A stretch of DNA of 64,000 nt, taken from the NCBI GenBank assembly GCA_046538735.1, contig JBKHII010000004.1, forward strand, positions 34,393 through 98,392, in the 5' to 3' direction. The notes under the pieces are model-generated. The model did not search any database. It worked only from the letters and a program-made list of their open reading frames with translations, and had not been told where the DNA came from. The position numbers and the translations under genes were made by a program. The DNA comes from Spirochaetales bacterium (GTDB taxonomy: Bacteria; Spirochaetota; Spirochaetia; DSM-27196; SLST01). Of the stretch, positions 47,069-56,037 are shown piece after piece; the stretch's first letter is position 1; each line of letters begins with the position of its first letter.

Positions 47069-47887
47069 ATGACAGGCCGACGTCTTCTCGTCAGCATCCT
47101 CGTCCTCGCGTTCGTCCCGACCGCGCTCTTCGGGCTCGGCCTCGAAGCGATTACCCTCGGCTTCGCCGAGGCGTGGACCGGCAACGGCTACGTTCCCACG
47201 CCGAACGATCCCGGCGGCGAGTACCACTTCCCGGTGACCGGCAGCGAACGGACGCCGATCGATCCCTTCGGCTCGATCGGCGTCCGGATCGGGGTTCTGA
47301 ACGCCTTCGATTCGGGCGGCGTGCTCACGATCTCGCCGGCGCTGGAGATCGGATGGCGGCGCTATCTGCTCTACGCTTCCGGGAGAGTCGTTCCGGCGCA
47401 GATCGAGACCGCGCTCGGCGACGAGGATAACGTGGCCGGCATCGGATCGGCGGACGTGCTGACGCTTCGCGTACCGATCCCGATCGGCTTCGAGTTCCGG
47501 TTCGGCGACCAGGCGTTGCTCATGAGCATCTCGCCCACGTGGCAGTTCCGCTTCCCGCTCGCCGGATTCGAGATCGCGGAGGAGACCGGAAACCTCTCCG
47601 GCATGACCGAGTTCTTCATGAGCAATCTTCGCTTCCTGATGCCGGAGCTCGCACTGGGCTACCGGTTCAGCATGAGCGACTACCTGGACGCGACGATCCG
47701 CGCCACGGCCGGAGTCAGCGTGCTCGACCTCATGGACACGAGCCTGCCGTGGTACGACCAGATGCGCGTCTCGCTGGGCGTTGAGCTCGGGTTCCGCCCG
47801 CCCTTCGGCGGGATCGCGCGCGAACGAGAGGGCGAGCTTCCCGAAGGGATCGAGCCGTTTCCCGGCAGCGACGACGAAGCGGAGTAG
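47069..47887 (+). CDS. Exported protein, possible outer-membrane beta-barrel
   Basis: Signal peptide; amphipathic strands (ELALGYRF, VSLGVELGF); TG-n-TATAGT upstream. Confidence 0.6.
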   Translation: MTGRRLLVSILVLAFVPTALFGLGLEAITLGFAEAWTGNGYVPTPNDPGGEYHFPVTGSERTPIDPFGSIGVRIGVLNAFDSGGVLTISPALEIGWRRYLLYASGRVVPAQIETALGDEDNVAGIGSADVLTLRVPIPIGFEFRFGDQALLMSISPTWQFRFPLAGFEIAEETGNLSGMTEFFMSNLRFLMPELALGYRFSMSDYLDATIRATAGVSVLDLMDTSLPWYDQMRVSLGVELGFRPPFGGIAREREGELPEGIEPFPGSDDEAE

Positions 47888-47921
47888 GCGTCCGAGCCGG
47901 CGAACCCTCGCGTCGATCTAC

Positions 47922-49154
47922 CTAGACGAAATCCAACGGATCCACGATGCGCCGCTTGCGCTCCCACTGTGCGACCATGAATGCGACGGCCGCCGCGGTC
48001 ATCGTGTCCACGAGAACGGCGATTCCCGTGAGAATCGGGAGCGCGGGCAGCAGAATCAGGTAGATGTCCTGCATCCCCTCGCCGTAGCTCTGCGCGAGCA
48101 GCGACAGGCCTACGATGACCGTTGAACCGGGGGCGCGCCCGAGGAGGAAGGAGAAGAGAAACGAGGCGGCGATGATCCAGATCACCTGACCCGCGGTGAT
48201 TTCGAGCGCCGTGTACGAGCGGAAAACCGTAATGAAGGCTGCCGAGACGACCATCGCGCTTCCGGACTTGCCGAACAACGTGGAGAGCGAGAGAACGGGA
48301 GCCGCCGCCTCGCGCGAGATGCCGAAGTTCTCCTTCGCCACGCGCGTGAGCGGCCCGAGCGTGAAGTAGGAGTCGCCGGAGAAGAATCCGAGAATCGCCG
48401 GTCCGATCGTCGCGTACAGCCACGCGAACGGGTTGTAGCGAGCACCCCAGAGGAAGGCGACGAGCGGGAACCCCACGACCACGAAGAGCGCCGCGAGACC
48501 AACGAGCACCCAGATGAGCGGCGCGAAGAGCGCGAGATCGCTCACGCTGCGCAGCTGCATCACCCAGTACGCCGAGACCGCGATGAGTCCCACGCCGACC
48601 GCGTCCGTGATCCACGCGTTCAGCCGGTAGAAGACGCGGGTGAGCGAGTCCATGAGATCCACGGCCGGGCCCACGACGCTTCCCTCGCGGTAGAGGCTCA
48701 GGCCGATCAGAACGGCTGCGACGACGACGGGAAGCAGGAAGTCGCCCGGGGAGGCGAAGAGCGCGAAGAAGTTCCGTGGGAACACGGACTGCAGGAGCTC
48801 GGGAACCGGAGGCAGGCTGGGAATCATGGCCTCCTGGAAGATGGGCGGAATGCGCCGCGGGGCAAGGAGCAGCGTCACGAGCGTCGTGAGGACAACCATG
48901 ACACCGGTCACGGTCACGATGCTGAGCGCCGCTTTGCCGTAGACGCGGAGGGTCATTTTGTCCTCGCGCAGCTCGTGAAGCCCGATCACGAGGCCGAAGA
49001 AGATGAGCGGGAAGACGGCGTACCGCCCCACGCTGACGACGAGCGCGGCGACGGTTTCCATGAAGGCGATCGTGTCACCGCCTCCGATGGGAAGGTACAC
49101 GCCGAGCACGATCCCGAGAGCAGCACCGATAACGATCCGCATCCACAGCTTCAT
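47922..49154 (-). CDS. Dicarboxylate/amino acid:cation symporter family
   Basis: MKLWMRIVIGAALGIVLG, VFPRNFF, GFFSGDSYFTL; about 10 TM. Confidence 0.85.
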   Translation of the reverse strand: MKLWMRIVIGAALGIVLGVYLPIGGGDTIAFMETVAALVVSVGRYAVFPLIFFGLVIGLHELREDKMTLRVYGKAALSIVTVTGVMVVLTTLVTLLLAPRRIPPIFQEAMIPSLPPVPELLQSVFPRNFFALFASPGDFLLPVVVAAVLIGLSLYREGSVVGPAVDLMDSLTRVFYRLNAWITDAVGVGLIAVSAYWVMQLRSVSDLALFAPLIWVLVGLAALFVVVGFPLVAFLWGARYNPFAWLYATIGPAILGFFSGDSYFTLGPLTRVAKENFGISREAAAPVLSLSTLFGKSGSAMVVSAAFITVFRSYTALEITAGQVIWIIAASFLFSFLLGRAPGSTVIVGLSLLAQSYGEGMQDIYLILLPALPILTGIAVLVDTMTAAAVAFMVAQWERKRRIVDPLDFV

Positions 49155-49221
49155 GGACGCGAAGCCTACTCAATCACCGTTCCACATGTCAATGAAGGCA
49201 AGAGCACGCCCTCCATGACGG

Positions 49222-49362
49222 AGTCCACGAGGATCATGCGGATGTCCATGCTGTCAAGGAAGTGCTTCATCTTCTGACTCGCGTGGTTGAGCTCCTCGTT
49301 CGTCCCTCGAGCTCCTCCACTGCGGTCTGGAGCCGGCTGCGTTTCCGACTCGAGGCGTTCGT
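49222..49362 (-). pseudogene. Remnant of the coiled-coil/PAS region of a CheB/CheR fusion-type gene
   Basis: Across frameshifts: ERLESE / RSRLQTAVEELE / TNEELNHASQKMKHFLDSMDIRMILVD. Confidence 0.55.
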
Positions 49363-49378
49363 GAGATCCCGGGTCGGG

Positions 49379-50533
49379 TCATACGTCCACTTCGACCACG
49401 TGCTCGGCGCCGCCTTCAGGGTGGTTGCGTCGTATCCAGGTTCCGCCGAGCTGTTGCTCTGCGAGCTGCCTCACGAGCATGAAGCCGAGACCGCTACCGG
49501 CACGCTCCTCGGCGAGGAGGTCCGGAGGGAGCCCCGGACCGGAGTCGGTGACGTGCAGGCGCACCGGTCGTTTCTCGCCGGCGCCGTTCCCCGAAACCTC
49601 GAGGCGAACGACGATCGAGCCGTCCGCGCTCGCGCCGAACGCGTGTTTGAGCGCGTTGGCCACGAGCTCGTTCGCGACAAGCGCGAGTGAGAGCGCGGCG
49701 TCGCCGTCCACGACGAGGTGGTCGAGCGTCGCGGAGAAGTCGATCGAGATCCCGTGCTGCGCGCGAAACTGCCGAACGAGCGTCGCGAGGAGCTCCACGA
49801 GGTCCGCCCCGCCGCTCGTCGCGCCCGACTTCAGCGTCTCGTGCGAGAAGCTGACCGCGCGCACGCGGTCTTCGACCGCAGACAGTGCCTGCACGGTAGC
49901 TTCGTCCGACGAGCGGTTTCGCTGCAGCATCACGAGCGAAAGAAGCAGTTGGAGGTTGTTCTTCACGCGATGATTGAGCTCCCGGAGCAACAGATGGTTG
50001 TGCTCGGCCGCCTCGCGCGCGCGTTCCTCCGCCTCCTTCTGCCGCGTGATGTCCGTGAAGCAGAGCTGAATCTCCTGTGGAGCGTTGCCGCGTCCATCGC
50101 GGCGAACCGCTTCCACGCGGACTACCTTCGGCTCGTTCGTTGCCAGGCGCAGCTCCGCGGAGACTCGTTCATCCGTCACGGAGGCGAGATGCTTGAGCAG
50201 GTGAATCATTGCGGGTCCGTCATCGCCGTGAACGAGGCCGAAGACCCCTTCCCGCAGGACCGAATCACGGTCCCGCCCGGACAACTCACAGATCGCGAGG
50301 TTCGCAGAGAGGATCTTCCCGTCCGGTCGGACCGTGATGTACCCCACCGGAGCGTACTCGTAGAGCGCGTAGTAGCGCCGCTGCGCCTCATCCGCCTCCT
50401 GCTGCGCGCGGCGAAGCTCCCCATTCTGGATCTCAAGTTCGATCTGGTGAATCCGAAGCTCTTCAAGCGAACCTGCGCCGTGTTCGTTACGATAGCGGCG
50501 TTCAGCTTCTCGGCGTACCTCGTCCTGATCCAT
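49379..50533 (-). CDS. PAS sensor histidine kinase (HisKA_2/HWE-like)
   Basis: ELRIHQIELEIQNGELRRAQ coil, YEYAPVGY PAS, ELNHRVKNNLQ, NELVANALKHAF, DSGPG, GLGF. Confidence 0.92.
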   Translation of the reverse strand: MDQDEVRREAERRYRNEHGAGSLEELRIHQIELEIQNGELRRAQQEADEAQRRYYALYEYAPVGYITVRPDGKILSANLAICELSGRDRDSVLREGVFGLVHGDDGPAMIHLLKHLASVTDERVSAELRLATNEPKVVRVEAVRRDGRGNAPQEIQLCFTDITRQKEAEERAREAAEHNHLLLRELNHRVKNNLQLLLSLVMLQRNRSSDEATVQALSAVEDRVRAVSFSHETLKSGATSGGADLVELLATLVRQFRAQHGISIDFSATLDHLVVDGDAALSLALVANELVANALKHAFGASADGSIVVRLEVSGNGAGEKRPVRLHVTDSGPGLPPDLLAEERAGSGLGFMLVRQLAEQQLGGTWIRRNHPEGGAEHVVEVDV

Positions 50534-50657
50534 CCTCCCCCCGTGAAGGTGGTCTCCGATTCCGCGCGCGCTCGCCGGGCCGTCGCCGGGGAAACCGTCT
50601 CACGCAAGAAACGGCCCACATACCGATTGGCGAGTGGCCACCGACGACCGTTTCTCC

Positions 50658-50686
50658 AAGATGGGGCACAATCTGTGGCCTGTCAA
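50658..50686 (-). promoter_or_regulatory. Putative sigma70 promoter of the kinase gene
   Basis: Minus strand TTGACA, 17 nt, CATCTT; CACA-atc-TGTG palindrome in the spacer. Confidence 0.45.
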
Positions 50687-50774
50687 GGTCGGAAACTGAA
50701 CTTCGCGTTATCGTGATCGGGTCGGTCGAACGACGGCGCATTCCGCCGATCGGCCGCTCGGCGCGGTCGACGAG

Positions 50775-51422
50775 TCAACGCGGCCGATTGAAGAAGCCCC
50801 CTCGAGCACCGAAGCGAAGCCAATCGTTTCTCGGGCGGCGCGGGCGGGGCGCTTCGAGCGCATCCGCGATGAAGCCGGCGTAACCGGGCGTATCGCTCGA
50901 GCGAGAGGAGCAGAGACGAATCTCGAGCGGCTCGTTCCGGTAGTAGCCCACGAGCGACTCCGCCGCGCCCACGAAGCTGCCGAGCGAGATCGCCTCGAGC
51001 GGGGGGCGAAGCTCGTCGTCCGGCTCCTGGAGCGCGAGGAGCAGCCGTCCCGACCGCTGCTTCTGGAACATGGCGACGATCTCGCGGATGAGGAAGAGGT
51101 AGCCCTTTACCTCGGCGTCCGTGCGATTCTCAATGCTCACGATCGAGCTCTCGTGAAAGGGAACGCTCTCGCGCACCGGCGAGAAGACGACGACCGCTTC
51201 GTCCAGCCGCCCGTAGAGGTTCTGCGCGTGCAGCACGACCGATCGCGCAGAGAGCGCCGAACGGCGGTTCCACGAGACGGTGGAAATGTTCTCGGCGCCC
51301 GAGTCCACGTCCAGCGGACCGCTGCGCGCAACCAGCGTCCTCCGCCCGCGGGCGGCGACTTCCTGCACGACATCGGCGAGCAGCTCGTTTGACTTGCCGG
51401 TGACGAGGCAGGCCTGTTCCAT
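50775..51422 (-). CDS. Degenerate SDR/Rossmann-like hypothetical protein
   Basis: ACLVTGKSNELL start, LYGRLDEAVVVF, MFQKQRSGRLLL; lacks GxxxGxG and YxxxK. Confidence 0.65.
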   Translation of the reverse strand: MEQACLVTGKSNELLADVVQEVAARGRRTLVARSGPLDVDSGAENISTVSWNRRSALSARSVVLHAQNLYGRLDEAVVVFSPVRESVPFHESSIVSIENRTDAEVKGYLFLIREIVAMFQKQRSGRLLLALQEPDDELRPPLEAISLGSFVGAAESLVGYYRNEPLEIRLCSSRSSDTPGYAGFIADALEAPRPRRPRNDWLRFGARGGFFNRPR

Positions 51423-51478
51423 GACTCGTGATAGTATAGCCGGCCCAGCAGCGGGTCAACGGGCGCGTCGGCCGGAGT

Positions 51479-51632
51479 CCGAGTCAACGCGTCTGCGCTG
51501 GTACGTTCCCGCGCCTGTAGCCTGCGAGCACGCGCGCCTCGCTGGTCCTCGGCCTGCGGCCTGCGGATTCGCTCGGGCGCGTGCTCTCCGGCACGGCGCG
51601 AGGCCGACCGCTCGACAGACGCATTGACTCGG
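51479..51632. repeat. Structured intergenic fold-back element, copy 1 (REPIN-like)
   Basis: Stems 51479-95/51616-32 (16/17), 51510-15/51595-600 and 51526-35/51577-86 (10/10); 40-nt core 51538-51577 shared with copy 2. Confidence 0.85.
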
Positions 51633-51700
51633 CGCGCCTTCGCAATTGGGGGCACGGAGGGCTCCGCTGGAGCCGTTTGGGTGGGAGAGGCGGCGGGGGG

Positions 51701-52474
51701 TCAGGTGGCGCGGGGGTGCCAGGTGAGCGTGCCGCGGACGGCGGGTTCGCCGGTGGGGCCGCGGGTGATCTCGAAGTGGTCGGTGGGGCCGGGTTGGGAG
51801 GAATCGGACTGGAGGCGGACGGTGTAGGTGTCGCCGAGGAGGGTTTCCTTGAGGAAGTCGATCGCGAGATCGGAGACGCAGGCGGTCATCGCGCGGTCGG
51901 GGTCGGCGGCGTCCAGGACCCACTCGAGGTAGGAGGCGTTGTTCACGTGGCGGTACTGGTCGATGTCGCGGTACCGGACGGGCTGCGGGCCTACGGCTCG
52001 CACGTGGTCGGCGGTCGGCGAATCGGCGGTCGGCGGATCGGCGGCGCGGTCAAGGTCTGCGGGGAACTCGCGGTCGGCGAGGACGAGGTCGCTCACAACG
52101 CGCTCGGGGCGCACGGGGCGGCCGCGGCCGCCGTCCACGACGAGCCAGCCGCTCGTGGCACGGGCGATGATCTCGTCCGCCTCGTCGTGAAGCGCGAACT
52201 CGCGGACGGCGAAGAGCTTCTCGGTGCCGACCGGGTAGGTCCGCACGGTAAACGCGTCGCCCCAGCGGGGGTAGCGGTCGATGTGGAGCCGGAGGCGCGA
52301 CAGGACCCAGAAGAGCGCGCCCTCCTCGCGGTGGTGGAACCCCTTGCCCAGGATGTGGGCGTGTTGCCAGGCGGCTTCCTGGAGCATGCGCACGAGCACG
52401 ACGAGCCTGAGCCGGCCGTCCGGGTCGACCTCGTAGGAGCGTACGGTGAAGTGTTCTCGATGCGTGCTATCCAT
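51701..52474 (-). CDS. Acyl-ACP thioesterase (double hotdog)
   Basis: FTVRSYEVD, LQEAAWQHA, WVLSRL, YRDIDQYRHVNNASYLEW. Confidence 0.92.
   Translation of the reverse strand: MDSTHREHFTVRSYEVDPDGRLRLVVLVRMLQEAAWQHAHILGKGFHHREEGALFWVLSRLRLHIDRYPRWGDAFTVRTYPVGTEKLFAVREFALHDEADEIIARATSGWLVVDGGRGRPVRPERVVSDLVLADREFPADLDRAADPPTADSPTADHVRAVGPQPVRYRDIDQYRHVNNASYLEWVLDAADPDRAMTACVSDLAIDFLKETLLGDTYTVRLQSDSSQPGPTDHFEITRGPTGEPAVRGTLTWHPRAT
52008..52044 (-). repeat. 15-bp in-frame tandem repeat (ADPPT ADSPT AD) in the thioesterase linker
   Basis: Plus strand tcggcggtcggcgaa tcggcggtcggcgga tcggcgg. Confidence 0.7.
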
Positions 52475-55400
52475 TCGTGACTCCCAGCCCCGCGAGCAGC
52501 GCGTCGACCCTGAACCCGGAGGCGCGTTGTGCCCGTTCGAGCCGTTGGACGAGCTCGAAGAGGCCGACCACGTCTGCAACGAGCCGATCGTGATCGGCGG
52601 CGGTCTCGGGCGGAACCTTGTCCATCGTAACAAGCGCGGTGGCGAAGATCCACCATCTCAGCTCTTCGAATCGTTCCTGGTTGAACCAGATTTCGCCCTC
52701 GTAGCGGTTGAAGCCGAGGTAGGTCGTGACGTCGCCGTCCGAGAGGAGCTCGTGCATGAGCCCCTGGAGAGGATCGTCCTCGGAGACGTGGCGCTCCCAC
52801 CACTCGCCGTGGCCGAGGAGCACCTTCATGAGGTAGACCCAACCGGGGTCGTGCGTCTCGGCGGAGAACGCGCGGGCGGCGCGCGTGATGAGACCCCACT
52901 CCTCGCAGATGCCGGCGGCCGACTCGTAGACGGCGCGGAGCGGGCGCAGGACGAGCCAGGCGGCGAGCAGGTCGCGGCGATCGCCACGTTCTTCGATCGC
53001 GGCGGTGTAGTACCGGACGGCGCTCCGATACGCGACAGGCGCGGCGTGCGGGGTCTCGAGTCGCAGGAACGGCAGCCGCTCAACGGCGCGAACTCCTCGC
53101 TCGAACGACGCGACGGCGGCGTCGATCGCGGCGTCGATCTGGTCGCGACCGGACGCGGTGCCGCCCTTCGTCGCCGGTTCCTGACCGCCGGTTCCCGCTC
53201 CCGCGACGAACGGTTGGTACTGCGCGCCGACCTGGAGGAATGAGCGGTAGGCGTGCGCGAGGCGGGCGACCGCCTCGCGGAGGAGTGCTGCCTTGCCGAG
53301 CATCGCCTCCTGGAGCTGGAAGAAGGTGTGGCTGTTCGCGACGCGCGCGTAGAGATCCAGGAGCGGCTTGAGCGCGATGTCGCGGATCGCCTCCTCCACG
53401 TCCGTGACGCCGCGTCCCCGGAGCTCGTCCACGAGCTGGGCGTAGTGGCCGTACGCGTTGTCCGCGGTTTCGTAGATGTCAACGTACACCTGACTCTGGT
53501 AGCCGGAGAGGTCCACGAAGAGCCCGCGCTCGTGGAGCTCCCTGCTCTCGCGGACGAACCAGAGCCCGTTGCGCTCGTCGCGAAGGAGGCAGTAGTAGCC
53601 GTGCTCCGCGTGGAGGCCGAGCGCGGAGGCGAGCTCGCCGCGGCGGTGCTGCTTACGCCCGCCGGGGAGTTTCTCCACGTAGCCGGCGGAGCTCTTGATC
53701 CAGCCGTACGCGCGCTCGTACGCGTTGTTGTAGAGGACGAGCGCGCGGTCGTCGCCGAAGGAGTTCGAGTAGGCGAAGACGTTCTCGTTCACGGTGCCGT
53801 CTTCGGTATAGAGGTCGTAGAGGAAGAAGCTCGCGACGCCGCTGAAAAGCCGGCGCCGGCGCATGAGCGGGAAGATCTCGGCTTCGTGGCGCGCGACGAG
53901 CTCGCGGTCGGGTTGCTCGCCGAGATACGCGCGTTTGTACTCCATCCCGTACTTCTCGGTAAAACCTTCGATCTGGCCGTGGCCGAACATGGGGAGGCCG
54001 GGCATCGTGACCATGAGCGTGCAGATGCCCACGTACTTGTCGCCTTTGCCGAACTGCGCGACGGCGGTCTCCTCGTCCGGATTGTTCATGAAGTTGACGA
54101 AGCGCTTGAGGATCTCCTTGTCGAACTCGATCGTGTTCTTGATCGTCTGGCGGTACTTCGCGTTCTCCTCCGCCTTGAGCATGTTCATGAACGCCGAGTT
54201 GTAGACGCGGTGCATGCCGAGCGTGCGCACGAAGTAGCCTTCCATCATCCAGAACGCCTCGGCGAGCAGGAGCGTGTCCGGGACTTCGGCGGCCACGCGG
54301 TCCACGACCTCGCGCCAGAACTCCGTTGGGATGCGCGCGTTGAACTCGTCCGCGCTCATGCCGTGCTCGGCGCGCGAGGGGATATCGCCGCCGTGGCCGG
54401 GCTCCGGGTACCAGAGGCGCTGGATGTGGCGCTTGGCGAGCGTCATCGCGGCGTCGAAGCGGATCACGGAGAAGTTGCGCGCGACGTGGAGGATGGTTTG
54501 AATGACCGCCTCGCGCACCTCCGGGTTCAGGTAGTCGAGCTGCGCGGTGTCGTTCCACGGCATGCTCGTGCCGTCGTTGCCGTGATAGATGAAGCGCTCG
54601 CGTCCGCTTCCGAAGTCGACGCGCTTGAAGACGACCGCGGCGTCCGACCGCGAGTAGTAGTGGTCCTCGAGATAGATGCCGACGTGCGGCACGCCGGAGA
54701 GGTTCTCGCCGGTGTACGTGTACGACGGGAACGGCGGATGGTCGAGCTGGACGTACCAGTCCGGGTGCTCGATGACCCACCGACCGTCTATGCCGGTATG
54801 GTTCGGCACCATGTCGCTCGCGATCCGGATGCCGCGCGCCTCGCACCGTTCGCGGAGGCTCGTGAGCGCGTCCCACCCTCCGAGCGACTCGGCGATCTCG
54901 TAGTCGGCGAGCGCGTACGCGGACGCCTCCGCCTCCATGTTTCCCATGACGTTCTTGATCCGCTTGGAGGCGGCGCTTCGCTCCCAGATACCGATCAGCC
55001 AGAGGCCGGTGAACCCCCACCCGGCGAGCCGGTCGAGCTCCTCGTCCGGGATCTGGTCGAGACGGGCGATCGTTCTCTCGTACGCGCGCGAGAGCTGGTC
55101 GAGCCAGACGAGCGTGCTCTTCGCGATAAGCACGAGCCGCGGCATCCAGTCGCGGTCGGGCGAGTACCGTTCCTCGTCGCCGCCCTCGTAGCGGTAGACG
55201 CGCGTGGGACCGGGACCGCCGAACCCGGCCTTCGCCTCCTCGCGCAGAACGTCCATGCCGCGGAGCAGCCGGAAGAGATAGCCGCCGAGAAGACTCCCCC
55301 ACCGTTCGCGGATGTAGGCGAGCTGGTCCTGCAGGCTGTTCGGAAAGAGCTCCGCCGGCGTGCGGAGCATCTCCACGAGCGGCTGGTCGTCCGGCCCGAA

Positions 55401-56036
55401 CCGCGGCTTGTCCGCGAAGTGGTCGGCGACCGCGCCGATGAGCTCGCGGTAGCCCGCCGCCTCGTCCAGCTCGTCGTCCGCGAAGAGCTCGGAGAAGGGC
55501 GAGAAGGCGGGATTCTCGTTCTCGAGCCGGAGCATGAGCATCTCTTCGAGCATCACCTCGCGACCGGACCGGCCCGCGTGCTCGGAGGCGAGGTAGTCGT
55601 CCAGCGACTGCTCGCCGGAGTAGACCGTGCTCGGCGGGAACTCGGCGGCGAACGCCCGTACCGCACTGTCAACGCGTTCCTCACCGAAGCGGGCGACGAG
55701 CGCGGACGCCGCCTCCGCGACCGTCTCCTCGCCGTACTGGTCGCGGTAGAGCTCCACCACGTAGTGGAGGATCTCATCGATCAGACCCATCGCGTTGATG
55801 TCGCCGGCGCGGACGACCGAGTCGGGGTCGTGGACGAGATCGCGGCCCTTGTTCATCTCTTCAGCAAGCCGACGGGTCGCCTGCAAGTCGGCGAGGACGA
55901 CGTTGCCGCTCAGCGCGTAGAGCGGCCCGGCGACGCGGTACTTCTCCCTCGCGCTGCGCCGCACGTGGAACTCGCGCAGGAGCTCCGGCCGTCCGTCCAG
56001 CGGCGTGATGCGAAGCTCGTCGCGTGACCGTTTCAT
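52467..56036 (-). CDS. Large GH13 alpha-amylase family protein
   Basis: DMVPNH, IRFDAAMTL (nucleophile), LLAEAFW (acid/base), FMNNPDE. Confidence 0.9.
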   Translation of the reverse strand: MKRSRDELRITPLDGRPELLREFHVRRSAREKYRVAGPLYALSGNVVLADLQATRRLAEEMNKGRDLVHDPDSVVRAGDINAMGLIDEILHYVVELYRDQYGEETVAEAASALVARFGEERVDSAVRAFAAEFPPSTVYSGEQSLDDYLASEHAGRSGREVMLEEMLMLRLENENPAFSPFSELFADDELDEAAGYRELIGAVADHFADKPRFGPDDQPLVEMLRTPAELFPNSLQDQLAYIRERWGSLLGGYLFRLLRGMDVLREEAKAGFGGPGPTRVYRYEGGDEERYSPDRDWMPRLVLIAKSTLVWLDQLSRAYERTIARLDQIPDEELDRLAGWGFTGLWLIGIWERSAASKRIKNVMGNMEAEASAYALADYEIAESLGGWDALTSLRERCEARGIRIASDMVPNHTGIDGRWVIEHPDWYVQLDHPPFPSYTYTGENLSGVPHVGIYLEDHYYSRSDAAVVFKRVDFGSGRERFIYHGNDGTSMPWNDTAQLDYLNPEVREAVIQTILHVARNFSVIRFDAAMTLAKRHIQRLWYPEPGHGGDIPSRAEHGMSADEFNARIPTEFWREVVDRVAAEVPDTLLLAEAFWMMEGYFVRTLGMHRVYNSAFMNMLKAEENAKYRQTIKNTIEFDKEILKRFVNFMNNPDEETAVAQFGKGDKYVGICTLMVTMPGLPMFGHGQIEGFTEKYGMEYKRAYLGEQPDRELVARHEAEIFPLMRRRRLFSGVASFFLYDLYTEDGTVNENVFAYSNSFGDDRALVLYNNAYERAYGWIKSSAGYVEKLPGGRKQHRRGELASALGLHAEHGYYCLLRDERNGLWFVRESRELHERGLFVDLSGYQSQVYVDIYETADNAYGHYAQLVDELRGRGVTDVEEAIRDIALKPLLDLYARVANSHTFFQLQEAMLGKAALLREAVARLAHAYRSFLQVGAQYQPFVAGAGTGGQEPATKGGTASGRDQIDAAIDAAVASFERGVRAVERLPFLRLETPHAAPVAYRSAVRYYTAAIEERGDRRDLLAAWLVLRPLRAVYESAAGICEEWGLITRAARAFSAETHDPGWVYLMKVLLGHGEWWERHVSEDDPLQGLMHELLSDGDVTTYLGFNRYEGEIWFNQERFEELRWWIFATALVTMDKVPPETAADHDRLVADVVGLFELVQRLERAQRASGFRVDALLAGLGVTNG

Positions 56037-56037
56037 C

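Noticed and set aside
53253-56027. 924-aa plus-strand ORF and other long antisense or alternate-frame ORFs (12109-13368 part, 28462-30306, 41803-43941, 56945-59203, 59318-61936)
   Set aside because: They shadow well-supported genes, have no motifs, and are expected from stop-codon scarcity in high-GC DNA.
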